Assembly (NCBI RefSeq): GCF_964355755.1
Contig: NC_092671.1
Location: forward strand, 39,194,304 to 39,258,303
Source of the DNA: Antedon mediterranea
Lineage: Eukaryota > Animalia > Echinodermata
DNA: 64,000 nucleotides
Reading direction: 5' to 3'
The notes below the pieces were generated by a model. That model worked only from the letters and a program-made list of their open reading frames with translations. It had not been told where the DNA came from and did no database searches. The position numbers were made by a program, and so were the translations under genes. Below, piece by piece: positions 25,189-37,972 of this stretch; the first letter of the stretch is position 1; every line of letters begins with the position of its first letter.

Positions 25189-26774
25189 TTAATTGAAATC
25201 TAGTTGACCTCTAAAAACAACATTGTTCTGTTTCTTTGCCTCGAAATTAAGAAGATGATCTTGTTTTAAATCTTGCCACATTGTATAATGTAATTCATCT
25301 CCTCTCTGTGTTTCGCCAAAATATTGAGCAATATAACCTCGTAACTGACCATTTAAAATATATGGTGTAACATATGTGAGTATTTTATCAGTGTTAGGCC
25401 TACTCCTAAAATATGATTGGGCAACGTCGATGCAAAACTTGAAATATGACGCTTGATTCATGTGTTTGTTCACGTCCACATCGTCATCGCCAACGATTAC
25501 CTTTTTGCTGTAGATCTCATCTGAAGATTTTAGAGTTTCAGATAGATCCGGGAAATTAGGCTTTTGTGCATGCGCAGCATATGAATGCGCATCTGTGAAC
25601 AATTTTGGTACTGGGCACGGTCGTCTGCTCTCAAGATTAACACATATAACTTGCACAATACATGTACTAATACACTTTTGCTGTTTTTCCAATATCAGCT
25701 TACTATGGCAAACAATCGAAGATGTCCCAATATACGTAATGCTATACGTACCGTATATAGGTTCTGATATCATATCACTGGTGATATTCTCGTCGACGAA
25801 TCCTTGCTGGTGACGCACAAAGTAAGATTCTTTCTTCGTAGACGAATAGTAGTCCTCTGGCAATGCTGATTGCGAACCGCAAATACGAACCTTTTCGTGA
25901 AGTAGTGCATGCCTTGACGGACGGATAAAACCTACAGATAAATAACTTAATAATGAACGACTTAATTCTGAAAGTGTTCATTAGGTAAAAGTATAATTTA
26001 AAGGTTGACTTAAAGCTCTTTCTACACTACCAAACTAGTTTAACAAAAAAAGTGTGATGTGCCCAAATATGGGGGTGATATGCCCAAATATGGTGGAGAT
26101 ATGACATTATCATGTATATATGGGCAGATCACATTTGTTTGTCAAATACAGTTTAATAGTGTAGGCAGAGCTCAACAAACCATATGAAAAAAATAATTTT
26201 GGCTATCATTCTAAATAATAATAATATATGAATAACTACGGTACCGATCGCAAAGTCATGGGTTCAAATCCTCCCATTGTTTTTTCTTGTTAGAACAACT
26301 CCATCCAAAATAATTGTAATAAAACTTTGTTTATAGCATAATGAGCATGATGTTTGTCTTTGACCCCATACGCAAACCAGCAGTAGACAATAATACAGCC
26401 ATTGCTTTTGAATTGAGCAATTTATGAATACACTCTATTGCTATTTAATACAATGAAAAATACATATGAACAATATCATAATGCGGGTAGGGTATTCTTT
26501 ATTATTAAAATATGCCTTCTCTTTTAAACGATATTTTAAATCACAACTCAGAAGACACTGAATTTAATGAATATAAATGAAGCAACTTAAAAAAGGGGCG
26601 GGGAAAAGAAAACAACGAAACGTTCCTACCTGCTTCATTGAAGTCCTCCTTTCCCAGTTTTTTACCGCCAATATCAACTTTAGTGCTGTTTGTCGATGCC
26701 ATTCTTGTTAACATATCTATTAAGCCAACTCGCTTCAGCTGTACCCTTTGAAGCATTGCTGTTATTTTAAACAT
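25189..26774 (-). CDS. Thioesterase-like paralogue TE4 (295 aa); exons 26774-26630 and 25931-25189
   Basis: MFKITAMLQRVQLKRVGLIDMLTRMAST...DFNEA-G|FIRPSRH...; motif DVDVNKHMNQASY; stop is 6 codons earlier than in sister genes. Confidence 0.85.
26013..26172. mobile_element. MITE family A copy in the TE4 intron; absent from the homologous TE7 intron
   Basis: agctctttctacactaccaaact ... agtttaatagtgtaggcagagct; the empty site at ~38795 reads aacttaacaaaccat. Confidence 0.85.
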
Positions 26775-28584
26775 TTTGTTTTGAGCATGCGTAGTAGTGG
26801 CTGTTTTGGTTCACAATGGTCAAGTGTACTACCTATTGAAAATGAATACAATAATTATGTGTAATCATAGATAATGGTTTATGCATAGTTTTTATCGATC
26901 AATCATTTTCCAAGATGTTGTTAATATATAGCATACCCTGTAACAGTAGGCCCCTAATATTAAATATAATATATAGAACGTGGCGTTTCACCAGTTTTTC
27001 AACCGACCGCCTAAAGAATTACTATATTCTCGCTTTTGGCCATATCCAATTAGTTCCCGATTTCGTCCTCCCGCCTATCGAAACGTGGCAGGCTATATGG
27101 CGCTTGACCTTTGACCCGATTTCTTCCTCCCGCCTATCGAGTAATTAATTCCAAAAATATATTAATATGTTCTCTTTATTCATACAATTTTTGTGTATAA
27201 AGGAAGGTGAAAATCTCTGGCATAAAATTCGAAAAGTGCAGGATGATTTAAAGATTTTCTTCTTGTACATTATGATATATAGATTGGTTAATTGGTTGGT
27301 GTTTTAGCTTTGACAATACACGAGGTGATTGAATATACGTACATGACAGCGTACATACTTTTTTTTATTAAATTTATTGCGGAACAAAACAACAAAACAT
27401 ATATTATAGTTACACCTGTGCACCAAACAACTTCTGTAAAAAATAGTTAAGTAAATGTATTATAACAACAATTATGTGAGTAACGCTACTGATTCGTTGA
27501 GATACGAAATATTATATACCGTGCATAGATATGATCCCAAGCTTTAGTTTAGGACTACAGTGAATATATCATAGGTTAGAGGTTAGATAATGTAGTTTGA
27601 ACCGACATCTGAAAACATGAACCCCATCTTTCTTTGCTTCAAAGTGGAAAAGATGTTTATTTAGAAAATCTTGCAACATTGTATAACTGATCTCATCACC
27701 TTCGAGAGTTTCACCAATATACTCGCACGTAAACTTTGTTTGTGTTGCCAAATGCCGCATCATTAACGCTACTTTTAGCAACTACAGAACTTAACATAAA
27801 CAGTTGCATTCATATGTCCAATCATATCAACATGTTCTTTACCAACAACCATTGTTTTCTCGTACATTTTCTGATCTTTAGATTTCATAATTTCTAACTA
27901 TTCGATCTTTGGTTTGTAAAAATGAAATTTAATTAGATATTTTTTATAACAAAGTTTTACCAATATTTTGCCTATAATATAGTCATTTAACATTACAATA
28001 TCAAAAGAGAAACGCAATTTGGTACGGAATTACATAAATTTAAAAAGAAACACTCAACATTTGAGGTAAAATGTTACACTGGTCCAACCCAGGACAAAAC
28101 TGCAATTTTTTCCTGTCAAAGTTTTCTCAATAATATTTTCCACTCGGAATTTATATCAAAAATACCATAGTCTTTTGAGCCACGCTTCTTTTTTTACAAA
28201 TCCAAGATGGCATCCAAAAAAAAAATGTTCTTTCCCAACTTTTTAAAGTGGATATGTCATCTTCAGCAACAATGTATCTTTTAATTTAGAATGTAAGTTC
28301 AAATCCAAGATGTCCTTCAAAATCCAAGATGACCTTCCAAATCCAAGATGGCCACTAACATTATAAATGGCTGTTAAATTGACTTTTAACATTTAATTTT
28401 GCCTATTAAATAGCCTTTCTAAACAATTTAGATGGTTATGTCATCCTTAGGCATGTATCTTAAAATTAGCATGAGACTCAAAAATCCAAAATGGCTACCA
28501 AATTTCAAATGGCCACCATATTCATGAATTGTATGGGGTAAGAAGCAACTAACATTCTTAATAAAGGTATCTATTTCTAGTTTT

Positions 28585-31500
28585 ATCGAAAACCGAGACC
28601 ACCCTATAGAACATAAATATTGAGTAATGTTGGTGAGGTCTCTACTCTATAGAACAAACATATTGAGAATTTGTATTGAGTCAGTCTAGTATTTTCAAGA
28701 AACCAACCTAATATAAAACTAAATATTGATAAGTTTGAGTGAGGCCACGTAGTTGGAGGTCCCCATTTCAATTCAAGATTTATTTAAAAAACAGAGACCA
28801 CCATCTAGAACACAATATTGTGTAGGGATTTTACAATTCATTGCAAGCAGAGACGAGACCTCTTCCTCTAGAACACACTTAGAACAATGTTAATGGCGTC
28901 TTTGCTTTCAATACATCTTGATAACAGAGACTTATCCTACAGTACTGTTCTAGGCTGAAACCAGCCTGCTCCCCCTACTGTACTGTATAAATGACATAAT
29001 ATTGACAGTTTAGTGGGGTCAATGTTTTAAAGTAATATTGAAAACAAAAGGCTCCACCTAAAACACAATATTGAGAATTGTTAGTAGGAATCTCTGTTTT
29101 CATAACTTCACAGAAACAAACACCATCCTCTTGAACATAATATTGTAAACTTTTTGTGGGGGAGGGGTCTCTATTAAAAAAAAAAAAACGAAAACAGAGA
29201 CCCGGTACTGCATACAATATTGAGAAGAATTTTTAGTAGAGATCTCTGTTCACAGTAAAAGTTTTCAATGATTGTGTTAGGTTGGTCCCCATGTTTTCAA
29301 GGTCTCTCAAAACCCCTACTGTGTTTTACGACAAAACAACAAAAATCGTAAAACTTAATATTGTAGACTTTTAATGGCAGTCTCTGTTTTCGAAAACCAC
29401 ACAACAGAGACCCACTATGAATACAATATTGAAAATATTTTTAGTGGGGATCTTCGTTTTCAAGAAGTCCTGACAATAGCGACCCCCGCTATTAGACTGC
29501 ACAAAGATAGGTCATTAGGTCTGTTGTATTTTATATTGCTTGATCAGTTGTTGTTGTTGTTAGTTCCATGTTGATAACAAATGTAAATATTATGTGTGTA
29601 TTGTTTTGCTTTGTGTTTTTCTGCCAAGAAAACAATTATCATTATACTATGTATGAAATGACTTAATAAATCGAATCTGTATCTGAAGGTGTGTCTACAC
29701 TATCAAACTTTATGTGAGGAAAAAATGTGATGTACCTAAATATGGACATGATGATGTCACACCACTACCCTAATTAAATATATCACTACAATATTTGGGC
29801 ACATCACATTTTTTTGTCACATAAAGTTTGATAGTATAGGCAGAGCTTAACGCAATATTGAGAATGTCTAGTATTGCCTCACAGAAACAGAAACACCACC
29901 CTCATGAACATAATATTGTGAAATTTTTGTTGGGGAGGGGTCTCTATTTTCAAAATCCCGAAAACAGAGACCCGGTACAGAATACAATATTGAGAAGATT
30001 TTTGAGTAGAGATCTCTGTTCACGGTAAAAGTTTTCAATGATTGTGTTAGGTTGGTTTCCAAGGTCTCTCAAAACCCCTACTGTGTTTTACGACAAAACA
30101 ACAAAAAATCGTAAAACTTAATATTGTAGACTTTTAATGGCAGTCTCTGTTTTCGAAAACCACACAACAGAGACCCACTATGAATACAATATTGAAAATA
30201 TTTTTAGTGGGGATCTTCGTTTTCAAGAAGTCCTGACAATAGCGACCCCCGCTATTAGACTGCACAAAGATAGGTCATTAGGTCTGTTGTATTTTATATT
30301 GCTTGATCAGTTGTTGTTGTTGTTAGTTCCATGTTGATAACAAATGTAAATATTATGTGTGTATTGTTTTGCTTTGTGTTTTTCTGCCAAGAAAACAATT
30401 ATCATTATACTATGTATGAAATGACTTAATAAATCGAATCTGTATCTGAAGGTGTGTCTACACTATCAAACTTTATGTGAGGAAAAAATGTGATGTACCT
30501 AAATATGGACATGATGATGTCACACCACTACCCTAATTAAATATATCACTACAATATTTGGGCACATCACATTTTTTTGTCACATAAAGTTTGATAGTAT
30601 AGGCAGAGCTTAACGCAATATTGAGAATGTCTAGTATTGCCTCACAGAAACAGAAACACCACCCTCATGAACATAATATTGTGAAATTTTTGTTGGGGAG
30701 GGGTCTCTATTTTCAAAATCCCGAAAACAGAGACCCGGTACAGAATACAATATTGAGAAGATTTTTGAGTAGAGATCTCTGTTCACGGTAAAAGTTTTCA
30801 ATGATTGTGTTAGGTTGGTTTCCAAGGTCTCTCAAAACCCCTACTGTGTTTTACGACAAAACAACAAAAAATCGTAAAACTTAATATTGTAGACTTTTAA
30901 TGGCAGTCTCTGTTTTCGAAAACCACACAACAGAGACCCACTATGAATACAATATTGAAAATATTTTTAGTGGGGATCTTCAAGAAGCCTGACAATAGCG
31001 ACCCCCGCTATTAGACTGCACAAAGATAGGTCATTAGGTCTGTTGTATTTTATATTGCTTGATCAGTTGTTGTTGTTGTTGTTAGTTCCAAGTTGATAAC
31101 AAATGTAAATATTATGTGTGTATTGTTTTGCTTGTGTTTTTCTGCCAAGAAAACAATTATCATTATACTATGTATGAATGACTTAATAAATCGAATCTGT
31201 ATCTGAAGCTGTGTCTACACTATCAAACTTTATGTGAGGAAAAAATGTGATGTACCTATATATGGACATGATGATGTCACACCACTACCCTAATTAAATA
31301 TATCACTACCATATTTGGGCACATCACATTTTTTGTCACATAAAGTTTGATAATATAGACAGAGCTTAACCCAATATTGAGAATTTCTAGTATTGCCTCT
31401 GTAGTTTTAAAGATTTCTCGAAAATAGAGACCAGTTTTAGAGGGGGTCTTTGTTTTCGAGATTTCTTGAAAACAGAGACAATCTTACTAATATACCCATA

Positions 31501-32110
31501 CAAAATATTTCAATGTTTTATTCTATAAGGTTTCAGGATTTCTTAAAACCAGAAACCTTTGCTAAAGAACATGATATCGAAATGTTTATTGGTGATCTCT
31601 TATGTTACAAAAATCTCTGGGACGGACCCTAGAACATAAGATTGAGAAGTCTCAGTTAGGTTTCATGAAATCTCAAAAACAGAGACCACCCTATAGAACA
31701 CAATATTGAGAAGTTTTAGTGGGGTCTGTGTTTCGAAATGTCTTTTGGTATCTGTTTTTGAAATTTATTTTAAAAAACAAAGACCTTCCTAAAGAACACA
31801 ATATTGAAAAGTTTAGTTGCGATCTCTATTTTCGAGAAATATCGATAATCACACGTACACATTAATATTGGGACATTTGAAAAGATTTTCTGTTTTCAAG
31901 ATTTCTATAAAAAAAACACAGATCTTCATTACAACAGTTCTTCCAAACACTCTAATTATTTAATATTTTATAAATAATTTAATTTAATAAAAAATTATGT
32001 GTAATTAAATTATGCACATTTTTAATAGCTTTCTTATTAAACATTTTCAATTTTGTGTTGTCTATTTTCGAGAAATCTTTAAAAATACAGAGGCCTCACT
32101 AGAAATTCTG
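28585..32110. repeat. Degenerate array of ~60-70-bp palindromic units (GAGACC...AATATT...GGTCTC), probably the interior of a large non-autonomous DNA transposon
   Basis: For example 31676-31736 aaaacagagaccaccctatagaacacaatattgagaagttttagtggggtctgtgtttcga; many similar units occur throughout. Confidence 0.65.
29110..31400. repeat. 763-bp tandem triplication, each unit carrying a MITE family A copy (~29688, ~30451, ~31207)
   Basis: Identical spurious ORFs offset by 763 bp (29374/30137 and 29868/30631); the third unit has small indels. Confidence 0.92.
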
Positions 32111-34349
32111 ACTTCTCAATATAGTGTTATAATTTGTCAATAGTAATACTAGTATGTTCTATGTTTTTTTCAGTAGATAGCATATTTTATGAGCTTTAAT
32201 TTGATACGATACAGTTTTTCCATTTACATTTTAAAGAATTTTTTTATATTTTAAAACATTCTTTGGGGTCAAAGGTCAGTAAAAGAATGTCCGGTCATTT
32301 TATGGCTAAAAGTTGTGTTAGAGCAAATGTAAATATGTATATTCTGAACAATTGAACACCAAAAACAAATCTCTATGACAAGTGGTTGTCAATATATTAT
32401 AACCACACATCTTTAACATTTGACCCCGATTTTAGCCATTTTCTTCAAATTAACCTATAACAGTTGAGATATTCTCTTCTAAATTAATTGCATACATATC
32501 TTATTCAGGTCCTTGACTAAGAAGAAAATTATATTTTGTTTCACAAAAAAAGTGTTAAAAATACAGTTTTTACTGCAAAAAATACTTTAATCACATGTAA
32601 ATGTGATATATTTGATATCATTGGGTAGATAATTGAAGTAGCTACCATGTGGTACCAAACATGATAGTACTAATAGTAGATAATATATACATCTTAGTTT
32701 ATATCGTTAAATATTGATTATTTCCAATTTTAGACATATTTGATCTCAAATGACCTCCAAAATATAAGTTCCACTAAACCGATTTTAGTAGATTTTGAAA
32801 ATAAAACACTCCAATAACTACAGAATCAGAAAAAAAAGTTTTGAAACTATTGCATTTTGTTTTGGGTCAATTCACAGATTGCCTGAACTATAAGTAGGCT
32901 ATCAGTAGTGAGAACTCGGTATCAGCACACCTTAAATTGGCTAGGTGTGGTTTATTACCTATAGTTTCACAATTAAAAATACCAAAAGAAACTTACCACT
33001 TTAATTGAAATCCTGCGAAGAAAGTTGTCCGTTATATTGTATTGAAAACTGTCTTTTTTTTGTCAAAATGCCTGGATATATTGTTGAATGATTTTATCAA
33101 TGTTATCAATGTATTTACTGTCGTCGCCCTCTGTTTATACTTTCATAAAAGTTTACTTTCTCACCTACTTTTTACGTTGAATCGCGCGTATCCCTAAAAC
33201 CAGACCAGAAACCAGATAAATTGGTCTTGATCTAGTATTCCTTCATCGCAGCAAGGCAAACTAACAACAGGGTGCTGTCGAGCGCCGGCAATCAACGGGG
33301 TTTATCTGTGGCTGCGACACAATCAGTTCCACGCCCGTCACTGCGCGTCGCGGAGAATTATGTACACACAGTACCTGTTTTGTCGCAGCCAGACAAGATC
33401 AAATAGTGGGGAACCTAATGTAATTCCGTGAGATTTTAATTCTCGAGTTCTTGGCAGTTTTGGAATCCTTAGGACTAGTAGAATTCATTGCAAGTGGGGA
33501 CCAATTTTTCCCGACCCTATTTTGGCTGCCATCTTGGATTTCAAAATGGCCCCCATTTTTTACTCGAAACTGATAGTAGCTCCTATTTTAAACCACGTAC
33601 GAACGTAATTTGTGTGATAAATCTTACAATATTATGATAAATCAGTCCAATGGTACAATTTATAAAAATAGCATATGGCAACCATATTGGATTCCAAGGT
33701 GGCCGCCATTAAAAACGTATATAATGTATGCATTTATATATTTAATCATCAAATTATGACTGTCATATGCTATTATTATAAATTGTACCATTACTGATTT
33801 ATCATAATATTTTTTTGTTGTCTTATGTAGGTTCGACCTACTTTATTTCTTCATCAATAAAATGTTTATTTACAATGCATTTCACTTGATTAATGTAATA
33901 TTATAATACAACTGACATTGAATAAATTTCAATACATCTTATATCTCACTCCTATCATTGCATTTTTATATATAATAGTAAGAATAATTATTTTCCTCTA
34001 TTTTATACACTTTTACATTACTGTTAGTGCACCAAATAAGTAAACCGGATGCACTATAATGCCCAGTGTTCAATCCTTGACAATGTACGTATATTGGCAT
34101 ATGGCAGCCATAATTTGATGTGATTGAAAAACCCTGGGTTACTTCCAAATATAAGAATCTTAACCGTAATATAAGAATCTTAACCGTAAACGTTCCGCTC
34201 ACTGAGAAACAAAGTTAACCGGATGTCAAAATCCCTACGTAAATCTTTTTACCAAAAAAATGTAGCTAAGCTCTTGAATTCGCCGATTTCCGATCCTGGT
34301 AGAAGCACACCAAAAGGTTTCTCAATCTAGGATGCAAAGATAATTCTTT

Positions 34350-34745
34350 TCTTGTAGGAATGTCAAATTTGCTGTGTAACGGCGACAATACCTTGCTTTC
34401 CAATAAAATTTATCAATTTTTTACCTCATTGACCTCGGAATTTAACCACCTCCCTTCTCTAGATCCACTATTAAATATTGATGAAACCCCTAGTAACTCG
34501 GCCCTTGCATGGACTCGGCTTAACCATTATGACCCTCAATGCTAAAAAAAAACATGCGAATTAATTGTGAGCTGTAAGAAAAATAAGTCGGTATTTAATC
34601 GTCCAATTATTAATAAATGTATTGTTAACCAGGTATGCCGTACTAAGCTCCTAGGAATAATTATATGTGACTATTCATGGCAACCCCATATTGATTCTTG
34701 GATAGCTAAATCAAACTCAGGGTTATATTTACTTTTAAAAACTGT
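34350..34745 (+). mobile_element. Degenerate non-LTR retrotransposon ORF2 fragment (CR1/L2-group RT C-terminal region)
   Basis: Frameshifted peptides AWTRLNH..LNAKKTCELIV, TKLLGIII and SWQPHIDSWIAKSNSGLYLL are typical of the LINE RT thumb region. Confidence 0.55.
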
Positions 34746-35350
34746 CGTTTTGAGCAATTTTTGAAATAAGGCAACAGAAGAGCAGTGTTTAATTTGCGGG
34801 GGGAGTGAATTCCAGAGTGTGGGTGCTGCAAAAGAAAACGATCTATGACCAAAGGTTTAGCTATGCGTGGAACAGAGAATAAGAAATCATCAGATGATCT
34901 AAGAGTCCGTCCAGGAACATAAAAGGTGATTTTATTGACGGATGTAAGCAGGTTGGTTAAAAAGTGCTTTAAAAGTAAGGAGCAAGATTTTAAATTTGAT
35001 TCGATTGTCAATGGGGAGCCAGCGAAGAACAGGTGAAACGTGAATAATAATAATAATAATAATAAGATTTTTATAGCGCACATACCACTCCAGAGTGCTC
35101 AAGGCGCATTTAAAAATAAAAAAGAAATAAATCATACAAATTCCTGACAAATAAAATGCAATTTTAAAAAGCGACGGTTAGTTAACGTAATGATACGAGC
35201 AGCCGAGTTCTGTATTCGTTGAAGACGATTAATTTGAAAATTCGAAAGGGCATAGAACAGAAAATTGCAATAATCAAGACGAGAGAAGATAAAACCATGA
35301 ATGATAGATGATGTGGAGCGTATAGAAAGAAAGCGTCCAACAATTGCGCA
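34745..35350 (-). mobile_element. L2-clade LINE 3' fragment, interrupted by a second LINE/SINE 3' tail at ~35045-35110
   Basis: IHGFIFSRLDYCN, RLQRIQNSAARII, HVSPVLRWLPIDNRIKFKILLLTFKAL and RTLRSSD are hallmark L2 ORF2 C-terminal motifs. Confidence 0.85.
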
Positions 35351-36294
35351 TACTGCCAAATATTTAAATGCCACATTATTACACAGTAAAATCTTTATTC
35401 TTTTGTACACAAATTTTGTAAATAGAGAGGAATTTTAAAAAGCTATAAAAAATAAACGGTGTGGTAAAAAATGTTATCAGATGACTAAATATAGGTAATA
35501 TAACTTGAATATTACATTTCTGATATTTTTATTCAACTTTAGATTTTTATTTTCATGCTATAGCAAAAATTATCCACCGTATATCCACCATCTTTTTTCA
35601 ACTTCTAGGGAGTCACCAGACATGTTATTGCATTAGGTTAACTACCTAACTACTGAAAAAAAGTCTTCTTGGTTTTTATAGAAGAATTTTGCCAAATTTT
35701 GTATTTGACCATATTAAGGGAAATTCATATACAAATATTTTATTTATGTACAATTAACCAAATATTATATTTAAATTCATGCCTGTACCTAAGCTTTAAA
35801 TAAAGTGTTTATAAAAAAGGAAAAAAAAGTGTTGTTTAATCAGTGTTTTCATAGTAGACGTGACCCAAAAAGATAACAAACTTATAATATATATATGCGT
35901 TGGTCATACTATAGGCTTTTTATATGGAGAATTGAAATTATTAGGTTATTTTGGAAGTTCAATATCGTCAACAACTTTAGGTTACTAATCAACCTTATAT
36001 AATAACATCTTTTGCCAAGTTTGATAACCTGCTATCAACAACACTGTCCCCTAGAGGCTGTGATTGGTCAATACTCGCAGTAGTAACCTGGTAGGCGCGG
36101 CGCGCTGAACATCCGGTGATTCGGACCGAAGAAGACGAATTAATATTTATTCGGCCTAACTGTGTAAATAACTTATCATTGCGAACCAAGAGAACACCTT
36201 TGAAAACCATACCCAGTTAAACATTACTTTTTCAGATAATAGGCCTACATGCAGCAACATCGTAATAGAGGAGACTAAACAATAGGCCTATTAT

Positions 36295-37356
36295 TCAAAT
36301 TGCTTTAGGATTTGAATTGAAATCTAGTTGACCTCTAAAAACAACATTTTCCTGTTTCTTTGCCTCGAAATTAAGAAGATGATCCTGTTTTAAATCTTGC
36401 CACATTGTATAATGTAATTCATCTCCTTTCAGTGTTTCGTCAAAGTATTGAGCAATATAACCTCGTAACTGACCATTTAAAATATCTGGTGTAACATATG
36501 TGAGTATTTTATCAGTGTTGCTCGTAAAATGTGATTGGGCAACGTCGATACAAAACTTGATATATGATGATTCATTCGTGTGTTTATCTCCATCCACATA
36601 TTCTTCACCAACGATTACTTTGTTGTTGTAGATCTCATCTGAAGATCCTGGAGTTTTAGAAAGAGCAGTGAAATGAGGTTTTTGCGCATGTGCAGCATAT
36701 GGATATCTATCTGTCAATTCTTTTGGTATTGGGCACGGTCGTCTGTTTTCAACATTAACACATATAATTTGTGTATTAGATGTACTAATACACTTTTGCT
36801 GTTTTTCCAATATGAGATTACTACGGAAAAACATTGAAGATGTCCCAATATACGTAACGCTATACGTACCGTATATAGGTTCTGATATCATATCGCTGGT
36901 GATATTATCGTCGACAAATCCTTGCTGGTGACGTACAAAGTAGCATTCTTTCTTCCTAGACAAATAGAAGTTTCTATTTGAATTTTTAAGAACTTCTTCG
37001 TGAAGTTGTGCATGTCTTGACGGACGGACATAACCTGCAATATACAATTATAAATATTATTTGTTAGTCTAATTAAGAGAGTATTATTTAATTATTTTAG
37101 TACTAATCGATATGATAATGAACACAAGTTTAGGATTTTTTAAAAATCTATTCGTTCATGGGATAGAAAACATTAATTATACGTTTACAAAATACAACAA
37201 CTAAACGTTCCTACCTGCTTCATTGAAGTCCACCTTTCTCAGTTTTTTACCGGAAATATCAACTTTAGTACTGTTTGTCGATGCCATTCTTGTTAACATA
37301 TTTATGCCAACTCGTTTCAGCTGTACCCTTTGAAGTATTGGTGTTATGGTAAACAT
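36295..37356 (-). CDS. Thioesterase-like paralogue TE6 (293 aa); exons 37356-37215 and 37034-36295
   Basis: MFTITPILQRVQLKRVGINMLTRMAST...DFNEA-G|YVRPSRH; motif YVDGDKHTNESSY; ends -PKAI; sister of TE3. Confidence 0.85.
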
Positions 37357-37972
37357 TTCGGATGATGAAAGATGAAGAGCAGTGTTGGTTCTTAGGTTGA
37401 TTGAAGACTGACTGACGGTAAAGGATTTTTTTAAAACTTTTAATTAAGTCAGTGAAAAGGACAAACTCTTAAATATTTACTACTTATAATTATCTTTATT
37501 ACTTATGTTCAACCCGCGTTTATACAGTACCACATTGTAAAGTTGTTATATTATACTGGTTAGCTTCTTTAACCATCTGAAGAATACCTTAGATTTAGTT
37601 TAAAAGCTTTTCTTAACGTATGTATTAAAATCAAACAAATTACTGATTTGTCTGCTGCTTTTACAGCTTGTGTTTAGATATTTAAATGAAAACTTCTACG
37701 TGTTATTTTCTGATTTCATTAACGTAAGTGATATGACCAATCACAAGCGATAAAATATTCAAACTGTCGCTTGTCATTGGTCAACTTACTTGCGTTGAGT
37801 CTATGTTCTTGCGTTGCGTCTCTAGTGTGAACCGAGCATTAAGGAATGATATCCATTCTACGTTCAGAGTGAGGTACATAACTTATCACGACATCCTTTC
37901 TAAGTCTAATGACGTTTACATATAGCGATAAATAATAGTTCTATTGTTGATAATTATATATAATGGAAATAT

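Larger units (their letters stand above)
21841..27915. repeat. Segmental duplication copy 1 (three-thioesterase cassette); copy 2 is ~35379-40605
   Basis: Near-identical sequence starting ttacacagtaaaatctttattc at 21841 and 35379; same gene order (TE3/TE4/TE5 versus TE6/TE7/TE8) with homologous intergenic DNA. Confidence 0.9.
27569..33072 (-). pseudogene. Disrupted thioesterase paralogue TE5: 3' part of exon 2 at 27569-~27915 and a degenerate exon 1 at ~32997-33072, separated by ~5 kb of repeat DNA
   Basis: 27569-27915 matches the TE8 3' end (CEYIGETLEGDEISY...YLTSNL) with internal deletions and stops; the exon-1 relic reads GQLSSQDFN*SG|gtaagt with a TAA where TE8/TE9 have AAA. Confidence 0.8.

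Noticed and set aside
29374-30825. Identical 66-aa and 64-aa ORF pairs
   Set aside because: Arise from the 763-bp tandem repeat
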